From assembly GCA_024405115.1 (NCBI GenBank), contig JAKSPD010000006.1, forward strand, positions 24,275 through 88,274: DNA of 64,000 nt, written 5' to 3'. A program made the position numbers and the translations under genes. The notes beneath the pieces are model-generated. The model made no database searches. It worked only from the letters and a program-made list of their open reading frames with translations, and was not told the origin of the DNA. This stretch comes from Lachnospiraceae bacterium. Its GTDB lineage: Bacteria > Bacillota > Clostridia > Lachnospirales > Lachnospiraceae. The stretch's first letter is position 1. Each line of letters opens with the position of its first letter. Below are positions 1 to 7,969 of this stretch, one piece after another.

Positions 1-1
1 C

Positions 2-271
2 ATAAGGGACAGGATTCCGGAAAACAGGGCCGGACAGTTCCAGGGAGTGAGGATAATCGGGCAGGTGTTTGTGCCGGGACTCATAGGACCGGCCATCGGC
101 GCAGCCGTATTAAAAAATGCGGAACTGATAATAAACTCCGATGGAACGACATCCTTCCTTCCAAACAGGAACATCTGGGCGGCAGCCCTCATCGTGATAG
201 TGGTCCTTGGTATCCTCCTTGCGGTAATTGATAAAAGGTATCCCGCTTCACAAAAAAAGAGTATACTGTAA
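2..271 (+). CDS. C-terminal fragment of a membrane protein (5' end lies upstream of the window)
   Basis: Reading frame is open from position 2 through the stop at 271. The translated peptide has a hydrophobic TM-like segment (AAALIVIVVLGILLAVI). The listed start at 47 is GTG and is probably internal. Confidence 0.3.
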   Translation: MRDRIPENRAGQFQGVRIIGQVFVPGLIGPAIGAAVLKNAELIINSDGTTSFLPNRNIWAAALIVIVVLGILLAVIDKRYPASQKKSIL

Positions 272-301
272 CTTGAGATTTAACATAAGGAGATTTTTTT
301 A

Positions 302-988
302 ATGAATGTTCAGATTCTGCAGCTGATTGACGGTGCAAAGGCGGCAAAGGGACTTACAGTCATCATCGACGTATTCAGGGCGATGACCGTCGAGGCGTAC
401 GTGATCAGTAACGGTGCGAAGGACCTCATACCCATGGCTTCCATTGAGGATGCTTACAGGTACAGGGATGAGCATCCCGGGACGCTTCTCATGGGAGAGC
501 GCGGCGGTGCAAAATGCCCCGGGTTTGATTTCGGAAACTCGCCCACTGCAGTGAAGGACTATGATTTTACGGGCAGGACCGTCGTACATACCACGAGCGC
601 AGGCACACAGGGAATTGCAAACGCAAAGGACGCCACTGAAATAGTATGCGGAAGCCTTGTGTGTGGAAAGGCTATCGCCGATTACATTAAAAGGCAGGAT
701 CCAAAGGACGTTTCCCTTGTGTGCATGGGACTTGCGGGAAAGAAGGAAACGCGTGAGGACACGCTCTGCGCGGAGTACATAAAGGCACTTTTAGAGGGTG
801 AGACCATAGACCTTTCTAAAGGGATTGAGGAATGTAAGGCTGATGACGGAAAGAAGTTCTTCCTTGGAAACGAGGAGGTTTTCCCGGAGTCTGATTTCTG
901 GCTTTCAGTTGAGGCTGACAGGTTTGATTTCGCCATGAAGGTCATCGGGGGCGAGGACGGCCTTTCACATACGGTAAGAATAGTATAA
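302..988 (+). CDS. ComB-like 2-phosphosulfolactate phosphatase family protein
   Basis: 228 aa. N-terminal motif TVIIDVFRAMTVEAYVISNGAKDLIPMASIEDA resembles the ComB/PF04029 VVIDVLRATST...GA.EVIPV signature. RBS AAGGAG precedes the ATG. Confidence 0.55.
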   Translation: MNVQILQLIDGAKAAKGLTVIIDVFRAMTVEAYVISNGAKDLIPMASIEDAYRYRDEHPGTLLMGERGGAKCPGFDFGNSPTAVKDYDFTGRTVVHTTSAGTQGIANAKDATEIVCGSLVCGKAIADYIKRQDPKDVSLVCMGLAGKKETREDTLCAEYIKALLEGETIDLSKGIEECKADDGKKFFLGNEEVFPESDFWLSVEADRFDFAMKVIGGEDGLSHTVRIV

Positions 989-1016
989 AACCTGAATTGA
1001 GTTTGGGGAGGAAAAT

Positions 1017-1478
1017 ATGGATAACCGCTGCAAGATCCAGGAAATGATAAGAAAGTATGACATGAAGCCGCACGAGGAAAACGGAAGGTATGCGGAATGC
1101 AGTTACCCGTTCCCAAAGGAGAGCCGTGCCGCTTCAGGAAGCTGCTATTTTTATTCGGGTCCGGGGGAGAAGACCCTGTTTCACCGTATAGACTGTGACG
1201 AGTACTGGTGCTATAACGCAGGCTCACCCCTTACGGTATGGATCATCAGTGATAACGGAGAACTGACCATAAAGAAGCTTGGAATTGAGCCGGACGCGGA
1301 GCCTATGCTCTATTTCCCGAAAGGCGTCATCTTCGGAAGCCGCAACATGGATCCTTATGGAGAGGGAACATTCTTCACATGCATCACCGTTCCGCGGTTT
1401 TTCTACCACGGATTCCGTATCATCGAGCAGGAAGAAGTCTTAAGGCACTGCCCGAAGGCCGCGGCATTCTGGGACTGA
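1017..1478 (+). CDS. Cupin-superfamily protein (DUF985/cupin_5-like)
   Basis: 153 aa with small beta-barrel-like composition and a conserved cupin-5-type core (WYFYSGPGE...LGIEPDAE). RBS GGGGAGG lies upstream. Confidence 0.45.
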   Translation: MDNRCKIQEMIRKYDMKPHEENGRYAECSYPFPKESRAASGSCYFYSGPGEKTLFHRIDCDEYWCYNAGSPLTVWIISDNGELTIKKLGIEPDAEPMLYFPKGVIFGSRNMDPYGEGTFFTCITVPRFFYHGFRIIEQEEVLRHCPKAAAFWD

Positions 1479-1490
1479 ACTGATGTAAAT

Positions 1491-1519
1491 TTGACAAGAA
1501 TCCCGAAAGGGTGTATTAT
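1491..1519 (+). promoter_or_regulatory. Sigma-70-type promoter (TTGACA-17 nt-TATTAT) driving the B12 riboswitch/operon
   Basis: TTGACA at 1491-1496 and TATTAT at 1514-1519 with 17-nt spacing, immediately upstream of the riboswitch. Confidence 0.6.
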
Positions 1520-1526
1520 TAGCGTA

Positions 1527-1700
1527 CAAATAAAGAGGTGGAACTCCGGTGAGATTCCGGGACTGTCCCGCAACGGTAATGGCATTTATGCATAAGTCCG
1601 GTCTTCCTGTTGACAACGCCCTGCGACGGATGGGGTGGTCAATACATTGGGAAGAGAGTTTAAGCTCTCTTTTTTGTTACACATCACTGGAAGGTGCCCT
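1527..1700 (+). promoter_or_regulatory. Cobalamin (AdoCbl) riboswitch
   Basis: Contains the conserved core GGTGAGATTCCGGGACTGTCCCGCAACGGTAA (consensus GGUGnnAnUCCnnCnnGnCCCGCnACnGUaA). A B12-box-like segment follows. It sits in the 5' leader of a btuF-like gene and ends in an intrinsic terminator (expression platform). Confidence 0.8.
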
Positions 1701-1724
1701 CCAGAAAGTGATGTGCCGGCAAAG

Positions 1725-1766
1725 GGGAGGCAGTACTCTGGTACTGCCTCCCAAAAATTTTTTCTG
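1725..1766 (+). terminator. Riboswitch expression-platform intrinsic terminator
   Basis: Hairpin GGGAGGCAGTAC-TCTG-GTACTGCCTCCC followed by AAAAATTTTTTCT. It lies 12 nt upstream of the btuF-like RBS/ATG. Confidence 0.8.
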
Positions 1767-1777
1767 GAGAAAAAGTT

Positions 1778-2710
1778 ATGAAAAAAAGTGGTTTATTAAT
1801 TGTGACGGCATTAGTATCAGGTCTTATATTATGTGGCTGCGCCGGTAAAACGGCGACTCCTGCAGTAACTTCACAGATAGCAGGCGATACACAGGAAGCG
1901 GCTGTCACCGTGGAAGAAACTGAAAAACAGTCCGCTTCACCTGAGAGAATAGTTGTCCTTACCGCGGCAGACTGTGAAGTGGTATATGCGCTGGGACTTG
2001 GTGACAAGATTGTTGGAAGAGGAGAATACTGCGACTACCCGGCGGAAGTACTTGACGTTCCTTCGGTTCAGTCAGGATATGAAACAAATATTGAACAGAT
2101 AATTTCATTAAATCCGGACCTTGTCCTCATGGGAAGCATGGACCAGAAAGCAGAGGTTGCGGAGCAGCTTGAAAAGGTCGGGATAACGACCTACAGAAGC
2201 AGGGCCAATAACATCGATGAAGTTTACACGATGATAAAGACCATCAGTACTTACCTTGGAGCCGATGCTGAAAAGAAGGCAGATACACTTATAGAGAGCC
2301 TTAAGGCCGGATTTGCGGACATTAAGGGAAATCCCATATCAGATGGAACGAAAACAGTTTACTTTGAAGTATCACCGCTTCAGTACGGTCTCTGGACCGC
2401 AGGAAATGGGACCTTCATGAATGAGGCTGCGGAAATGATGGGACTTAAAAACTGCTTTGATGATGTTACCGGATGGGCTGAAATTTCAGAGGAGCAGGTG
2501 CTCGAAAGAAATCCGGACTACATAGTTACGGTTTCAATGTACTATGGGGAAGGCCCCACACCCGAGGAGGAAATACTTGCAAGGACAGGCTGGGAAAACG
2601 TGACCGCGGTTAAGGAAAAAAAGATCCTTAACCTTCGAGACAACGAGCTTTCACGTCCGGGTCCCAGACTTCTGGACGGTGTAAAGGCCCTTTATGAGTT
2701 TGCAAGGTGA
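1778..2710 (+). CDS. btuF: ABC transporter substrate-binding lipoprotein, periplasmic-binding-protein type 2 (BtuF-like cobalamin/siderophore binding)
   Basis: Signal peptide with lipobox LILCGCAG. Peripla_BP_2-type architecture (IVVLTAADCEVVYALGLGDKIVG...). Located downstream of the B12 riboswitch and first gene of a btuFCD-like set. Confidence 0.75.
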   Translation: MKKSGLLIVTALVSGLILCGCAGKTATPAVTSQIAGDTQEAAVTVEETEKQSASPERIVVLTAADCEVVYALGLGDKIVGRGEYCDYPAEVLDVPSVQSGYETNIEQIISLNPDLVLMGSMDQKAEVAEQLEKVGITTYRSRANNIDEVYTMIKTISTYLGADAEKKADTLIESLKAGFADIKGNPISDGTKTVYFEVSPLQYGLWTAGNGTFMNEAAEMMGLKNCFDDVTGWAEISEEQVLERNPDYIVTVSMYYGEGPTPEEEILARTGWENVTAVKEKKILNLRDNELSRPGPRLLDGVKALYEFAR

Positions 2711-2849
2711 CGAACGGCCTGCAGCATGAGCCTTACAGCTTAAGGACCGCCTTCAAAGTGTAAATCATAAAAATGGCAGGAACGTTTTTAAGGATAAATA
2801 TGGATTAAATAGCAGAGAAACCATATCAATTCTGTAACAGGAACATCAT

Positions 2850-3830
2850 ATGAAAAAAGGAAACGGGAAATTTACCATAGGGATGTATGCGGCGTCAATA
2901 GCAGTAACGCTTTTTGTCTTTCTGCTCTGCGTACGTGCGGGAAGCGTGGACGTTCCGTTAAGGGAGCTTTTCAACTCCCCCATAATCATGTCCATTCGTG
3001 TTCCCCGTGTAATCTGTGTTGCACTTTCGGGTGCGGCGCTTTCAGTCTGCGGCGCATCCATGCAGGGACTTCTTAAAAATCCGCTTGCTGACGGTTCAAC
3101 GCTGGGCGTTTCGTCAGGTGCTGCACTGGGCGCCGTTACGGCCATAGCGTTTGGCATAAATTTTCCGGGAGTGCCCTTTGCGGGTACCATGATATTGGCG
3201 GCAGCCGCGGCATTCCTTTCACTTCTGCTTATACTCACACTTTCATATAAGCTTGACCACACGCTTTCAACAAACACCATAATCCTCATGGGTGTCATCT
3301 ATTCAATGTTTGCGTCAAGCATCATGAACATAATTATAACCTTTGCCTCAGACAGGATCAGAAGCATCATGTTCTGGACCATGGGTTCCTTACAGGGAAG
3401 CGGCTACGCCGATGCGGCAGTGCTTTTTGCGGCACTCCTTATCTGCGGGACGGTTCTCCTTCTGCATTCAAACGAACTTAATGCATTTGCGGTAGGTGAG
3501 GATAATGCCTCACATATCGGGGTTGACGTGAAAAAAGTCAAGCTCGCCATACTTATAACAGTTTCCGTGCTCATCGGCGTGTGTGTGAGCATAGGCGGAA
3601 CAATTGGCTTCGTGGGTCTTGTCACACCGCACATGGTAAGGATAGTCGTGGGCCCCAATCACAAAAGGCTTCTTCCCATTTCAATGTTCGCGGGAGCCTG
3701 CTTTTTAATGATTTCGGACCTTATTGCAAGGACACTGCTTAACCCGAAGGAGCTTCCGATAGGCGTCGTTACAAGTATAATCGGATCACTTGTATTTGTT
3801 TACATCTACGCAAGGAGGAAGGGAAAATGA
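2850..3830 (+). CDS. btuC: FecCD-family ABC permease (BtuC-like)
   Basis: 326 aa polytopic membrane protein with typical FecCD motifs (RVPRVICVALSGAALSVCGASMQGLLKNPLADGSTLGVSSGAALG...). Adjacent to the BP and ATPase genes. Confidence 0.85.
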   Translation: MKKGNGKFTIGMYAASIAVTLFVFLLCVRAGSVDVPLRELFNSPIIMSIRVPRVICVALSGAALSVCGASMQGLLKNPLADGSTLGVSSGAALGAVTAIAFGINFPGVPFAGTMILAAAAAFLSLLLILTLSYKLDHTLSTNTIILMGVIYSMFASSIMNIIITFASDRIRSIMFWTMGSLQGSGYADAAVLFAALLICGTVLLLHSNELNAFAVGEDNASHIGVDVKKVKLAILITVSVLIGVCVSIGGTIGFVGLVTPHMVRIVVGPNHKRLLPISMFAGACFLMISDLIARTLLNPKELPIGVVTSIIGSLVFVYIYARRKGK

Positions 3831-4627
3831 TGCTCTGTGTTAAGGACCTGACCGTCAGATACGGCTCATTTACGGCACTTTCCGGTCTTTCCTTCACGGT
3901 GGATGAAGGCGAGTGGCTCATGATTGCGGGGCCAAACGGTGCCGGAAAATCGACCGCGCTTGCTGCAATCGCACAGAGTGCCCCCTATACCGGGGAAGTA
4001 CTTATAAATGGTGAAGACATCAAAAAGCTTAAGCCCGCGGAACGTGCCAGAAGAGTGGGTGTGCTTTCACAGAATAATTTCGTGGGATATGGGTTTTCAG
4101 TTGAGGAAGTTGTGGAGCTGGGACTATACTCGCGTTCACATGACGGAAGCAGGAGCGTGGCCGCAACCGGACGGGAAGAGGGTCATTATGAAAAGAATGA
4201 TATCTCAAATGAAGAACGTCTAACCCAGGCATTAAAACTTGTGGGAATGGAAAGTCAGCGTACCCAGTCGGTGCTCACACTTTCCGGTGGAGAACTGCAG
4301 CGTACGTTCCTGGCTCAGGTCCTCGTACAGGACCCGGATATCCTACTGCTGGATGAGCCCACGAATCACCTGGACCTTATTTATCAGAAACAGATCTTTA
4401 AACTTGTCTCTGAATGGCTTAAGACACCGGGACGTGCGGTGGTATCCGTGGTTCATGACCTGTCCCTGGCAAAAAAATACGGGACAAACGCCTTACTAAT
4501 GGACCACGGTGCATTAAAGGCGCAGGGTCTGGCTTCTGAGATCCTTAATAAAGAAAACCTTGACTGTGTTTATCAGATGGATGTTTATCAGTGGATGCAT
4601 GACCTGCATTCAGTCTGGGAGGATTGA
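3827..4627 (+). CDS. btuD: ABC transporter ATP-binding protein (BtuD/FepC-like)
   Basis: Walker A GPNGAGKST, signature LSGGELQR, Walker B LLLDEPTNHLD. Start overlaps the permease stop (ATGA). Confidence 0.85.
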   Translation: MMLCVKDLTVRYGSFTALSGLSFTVDEGEWLMIAGPNGAGKSTALAAIAQSAPYTGEVLINGEDIKKLKPAERARRVGVLSQNNFVGYGFSVEEVVELGLYSRSHDGSRSVAATGREEGHYEKNDISNEERLTQALKLVGMESQRTQSVLTLSGGELQRTFLAQVLVQDPDILLLDEPTNHLDLIYQKQIFKLVSEWLKTPGRAVVSVVHDLSLAKKYGTNALLMDHGALKAQGLASEILNKENLDCVYQMDVYQWMHDLHSVWED

Positions 4628-4628
4628 A

Positions 4629-5651
4629 ATGGATTACGGAAAACTTGTAAAAGCCCATTGGGACAGCGTGGCAAAACCCCTGGACGGACTTGGGACGCTT
4701 GAACATCTAATAATAAAGATTGGCGCGCTCACGAAAACTGAGGATGTTTCAATTGACCGTCGTATCGTATGCGTCATGTGCGCTGATAACGGCGTGGTTA
4801 AGGAGGGGGTGACCCAGACTGATGCCTCCGTAACGGCAATCCAGGCGGGAAACATCGCGCTTCATAAGACATCGGTATGCCGTATGGCAGCCGTGGCGCA
4901 TGCAGATGTTGTCCCTGTTGACATGGGCATGCTGGTACATGTCCCGGGTGTGGAAGGACCGCATCTAAAAGACGGAACAGCAAATCTTGCAGAAGGTCCT
5001 GCAATGAGCCGTGAGGACTGCCTTGCCGCAATCGAATATGGGCGCAGTCTTGCAAAAAAATATAAGGAAGAGGGCTACGACATAATCATCACCGGAGAGA
5101 TGGGAATCGGAAACACCACAACTTCAAGTGCCGTTGCTTCAGTCCTTCTTGACATGAGCGTTGAAAGCGTCACCGGGCGCGGGGCAGGACTTTCAGATGA
5201 AGGTCTTGTACGGAAGGTTAACGCCATTAACCGCGCAATTGCGGTAAATAAGCCTGACAAAAATGACCCCGTTGATGTCCTTTCAAAGCTTGGCGGCTTT
5301 GACATTGCAGGCATGGCGGGACTTTTCCTTGGAGGGTATGAGGCAAGGATACCCGTAGTGATAGACGGACTCATAAGCTCCATTGCTGCACTCATTGCCG
5401 CAAGGCTTGAGCCGGAATCAAGGAAGGCAATGATTCCGAGCCACTCATCGGCGGAGCCGGCTGCAGAAGCAATCCTTAATGAGATTGGTGAGCCAGCCAT
5501 TTTATATGCAAAGATGAAGCTTGGAGAAGGAACCGGCGCCGTGTGCATGCTGCCGCTTCTTGACATGGCACTTTCCGTTTACCAAAGCGGAGTTGCCTTT
5601 AACGATACGGGGCTTAAACCCTACACCGTCCAGGAAGGGGATAAGAGATGA
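4629..5651 (+). CDS. cobT: Nicotinate-nucleotide--dimethylbenzimidazole phosphoribosyltransferase
   Basis: CobT/DBI_PRT signature AKPLDGLGTLEHLIIKIGALT plus conserved C-terminal KLGEGTGA. Start chosen at ATG 4629, immediately after the upstream stop. The track ORF begins at 4560 inside btuD and that extension is likely spurious. Confidence 0.85.
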   Translation: MDYGKLVKAHWDSVAKPLDGLGTLEHLIIKIGALTKTEDVSIDRRIVCVMCADNGVVKEGVTQTDASVTAIQAGNIALHKTSVCRMAAVAHADVVPVDMGMLVHVPGVEGPHLKDGTANLAEGPAMSREDCLAAIEYGRSLAKKYKEEGYDIIITGEMGIGNTTTSSAVASVLLDMSVESVTGRGAGLSDEGLVRKVNAINRAIAVNKPDKNDPVDVLSKLGGFDIAGMAGLFLGGYEARIPVVIDGLISSIAALIAARLEPESRKAMIPSHSSAEPAAEAILNEIGEPAILYAKMKLGEGTGAVCMLPLLDMALSVYQSGVAFNDTGLKPYTVQEGDKR

Positions 5652-6163
5652 TCATACTTTTTACGGGCGGATCGGCCTGCGGAAAAAGTTCATATGCTGA
5701 AGGCGTATGCGTCAAAATGCCGGAGCCGCGCTATTATATAGCAGCGATGAAACCGTACGGCGCGGAAGGCGAGGCCCGCATAAAGCGCCACCGTGCAATG
5801 CGTGCCGGAAAGGGCTTTGAGACTTACGAATGCTACACCGGGTTAAAGGACCTTAAATTCCCTGAAAGGGGAACCGCGCTTTTGGAGTGCATCTGTAACC
5901 TTACGGCCAATGAGATGTTTGATGATGAGGGAAACTTTCATGATCCATACGATGATGTGATGGCCGGAGTTGAAAACCTGATCAATTCATGCAATGACCT
6001 TGTGATCATAACTAACGACGTGGGTGCGGAGCCCGTCAATTACGGCGAGGCCACGGATTCCTATATCCGCGTTATGGGAAAGATAAATGCGGCAATTGCC
6101 CAAAAAGCGGACAAAGTAATTGAGATGGTCGCCGGGGTTCCCATAGTAATAAAGGACATGTGA
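5648..6163 (+). CDS. cobU: Bifunctional adenosylcobinamide kinase/adenosylcobinamide-phosphate guanylyltransferase
   Basis: 171 aa, P-loop GGSACGKSS. CobU-family length and C-terminal conservation. Overlaps the cobT stop (ATGA). Confidence 0.8.
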   Translation: MIILFTGGSACGKSSYAEGVCVKMPEPRYYIAAMKPYGAEGEARIKRHRAMRAGKGFETYECYTGLKDLKFPERGTALLECICNLTANEMFDDEGNFHDPYDDVMAGVENLINSCNDLVIITNDVGAEPVNYGEATDSYIRVMGKINAAIAQKADKVIEMVAGVPIVIKDM

Positions 6164-6222
6164 TCCGCTGCTGAAGGCTGATCAGGTGTCAAAAAGAGGA
6201 GCACATCAACAGAAAGGCTTTA

Positions 6223-7032
6223 ATGATGAAGACCTTACTTAGATCAATAGATATGGCTTTTTCAATGTTTTCCGTGATTCCCATGCCCATCGTGGAATGG
6301 AAGCAGGAAAACATGAAGTACATGCTGTGTTCGCTGCCACTTGTGGGGGCGGTCATAGGCGGGTGCCTTTACTTATGGTACCTTATTTCAGGAGTCTTAG
6401 GCTTTTCACAGCTTCTTACGGCAGCAGGGTACACCCTCATTCCGGTTGCGATATCGGGCGGTATACATCTTGACGGTTTTTGTGATACCGTGGACGCGGT
6501 TTCAAGCCACGCTTCACCGGAAAGGAAGCGGGAAATCCTAAAGGATTCCCACGCGGGTGCATTTGCCATCATCTGGCTCTGCTTTTACATGATTGCATAT
6601 TTTGCACTGGCAGGGGAAGCTGCAGGCATTGTTGCAGGCGGAACATCAGAAAAAGCCGGAAGTATGGGGGGTAACGTCATACTGCTTGTTCTCATCCCCA
6701 TGCTTTCAAGGGCAGCAGGCGCATTTGCGGGAACGGCTTTTCCATCTTCGGGAAAAGAGGGACTTTTAAAATCCTTCCGTGACGGCGCATCGAAAAAGGC
6801 GGCTGTCATCCTGATTATATGGTGCGTGCTGCTTCTTGTGGCCATGGCCTTCATTTCACCCTTGTGCGGTGCGTTATCGGCGGCAGCCGTAGTGATATGT
6901 GCGTTTTCAGTAAGGCGTATGGCATTAAGGGAATTTGGCGGCATGTCCGGCGACATTGCGGGTTTTCTGATTTCAGTCACGGAGCTCGCGCTTTTGGCCG
7001 CGCTTGTTTTATCGGAGAAACTGATTGCGTAA
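6223..7032 (+). CDS. cobS: Adenosylcobinamide-GDP ribazoletransferase (cobalamin 5'-phosphate synthase)
   Basis: 269 aa polytopic membrane protein. N-terminal AFSMFSVIPMP (CobS LTRLP-type) and HLDGFCD motif. Position after cobT-cobU is typical. Confidence 0.8.
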   Translation: MMKTLLRSIDMAFSMFSVIPMPIVEWKQENMKYMLCSLPLVGAVIGGCLYLWYLISGVLGFSQLLTAAGYTLIPVAISGGIHLDGFCDTVDAVSSHASPERKREILKDSHAGAFAIIWLCFYMIAYFALAGEAAGIVAGGTSEKAGSMGGNVILLVLIPMLSRAAGAFAGTAFPSSGKEGLLKSFRDGASKKAAVILIIWCVLLLVAMAFISPLCGALSAAAVVICAFSVRRMALREFGGMSGDIAGFLISVTELALLAALVLSEKLIA

Positions 7033-7141
7033 CGTGGATTTGCAACCAAAACAAAGCTGAAATCGGCCACATGATCAATTAAGTCTTGAATCAACGCGAA
7101 AATTGCTTATATGACTGCCGCGAATGCGCATCGGCGCGAGC

Positions 7142-7422
7142 CATGTAGTGGGAAAGATAAAAAAACGGCAAATGTCCCATTACAAGTAGTGGGAAAAGTG
7201 TCGACAAAGCGAAATGTCCCACTACAAAGTTTCTTAAAAAGGTCAGTTAATAGTGTTAAAATAGTGGGCCAAATGCCATTTGCTCCAAATGTCCCATTAT
7301 AAAAGCATGAATATAAGAGCATTTATTTAATAAACGTAGTGGGACTAACCCCGAAAAAAGCAAATGTCCCATTACAAGTAGTGGGCCAAACCTCAAAAAT
7401 GATAAATATCCCACTACAACAT
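7142..7422. repeat. Structured intergenic repeat element, copy 1: alternating-orientation GGGAC half-sites plus two 26-bp palindromes
   Basis: Half-sites are TAGTGGGAC(AT) (R) and ATGTCCCAYTA (L). Positions: 7145 (R), 7214 (L), 7262 (R), 7289 (L), 7337 (R), 7407 (L). Full palindromes ATGTCCCATTACAAGTAGTGGGA at 7172-7198 and 7364-7390, 192 bp apart. The layout is the same as at 28261-28536. Confidence 0.8.
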
Positions 7423-7472
7423 AAGTTATAAAAACTTGTATTTATAGCATCCGCCATTCATGGGAGGGAAAT

Positions 7473-7880
7473 ATGATTTTAGTAACAGGAAGCGAAGCTT
7501 CAGGAAAGAAAACATATGTAAGAAGTCTCGGATTTACGGATGAAGAAATGTCCTACGATCCGTATTCGGACGCGCCTGTAATTCTTAACGTGGAACGCTC
7601 AGTTTTTGAGGCGCTTCGTGCCGCGGAAGAGGAAGGGCTTACCGCCGATGAAAGAGTGGCACGGACTGAAAAGGCAAAAATAAATGAAGCTGCCCTTTTA
7701 TTCGAGCAGCTTAAGGATAAAAAAGTTGTTACGATTAATGAAGTGGGAAGCGGTGTCATCCCCGCAAACCGTGCGGAACGCATCGGCCGTGAGGCGTCAG
7801 GACGTCTTTCAGTGCTTCTGGCAAAAGAGGCGGAGCAGGTGGTGCGCATGGTATGCGGCATTCCGATAATTCTTAAATAA
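7473..7880 (+). CDS. CobU-like P-loop protein (short paralog of adenosylcobinamide kinase/guanylyltransferase)
   Basis: 135 aa. P-loop GSEASGKKT. The C-terminal INEVGSGVIPANRAERIGREASGRLSVLLAKEAEQVVRMVCGIPIILK aligns with the C-terminus of the cobU product at 5648-6163. It lacks about 40 central residues. RBS GGGAGGG lies upstream. Confidence 0.55.
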   Translation: MILVTGSEASGKKTYVRSLGFTDEEMSYDPYSDAPVILNVERSVFEALRAAEEEGLTADERVARTEKAKINEAALLFEQLKDKKVVTINEVGSGVIPANRAERIGREASGRLSVLLAKEAEQVVRMVCGIPIILK

Positions 7881-7969
7881 TGACTGACACAGTTCCGTCT
7901 GCGTTTTGCTTAAGCTGGCAGAAAAAGGAGCTGTTTATGCGGCTTGCGCCGATTCCGATGACCGGGAGT

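Noticed and set aside
4560-4628. Upstream extension of cobT to the ATG at 4560
   Set aside because: It would overlap btuD by 68 nt in another frame. The CobT homology begins at the ATG at 4629, which lies immediately after the btuD stop.
7107-7322. ORFs of 60-70 aa (7107-7322 minus strand, 7111-7302 plus strand) inside the GGGAC repeat element
   Set aside because: They are read straight through the palindromic repeats (peptides like …NVPLQVVGKVSTKRNVPLQ…). No RBS is present. The same structure at 28261-28536 has no equivalent ORF. They are coding artefacts of the repeat.
7142-7422. Possible CRISPR array (recurring about 26-bp repeats)
   Set aside because: The repeats alternate in orientation, have irregular 27-75-bp spacing and include half-sites. 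No cas genes are present anywhere in the window. This is not a CRISPR array.
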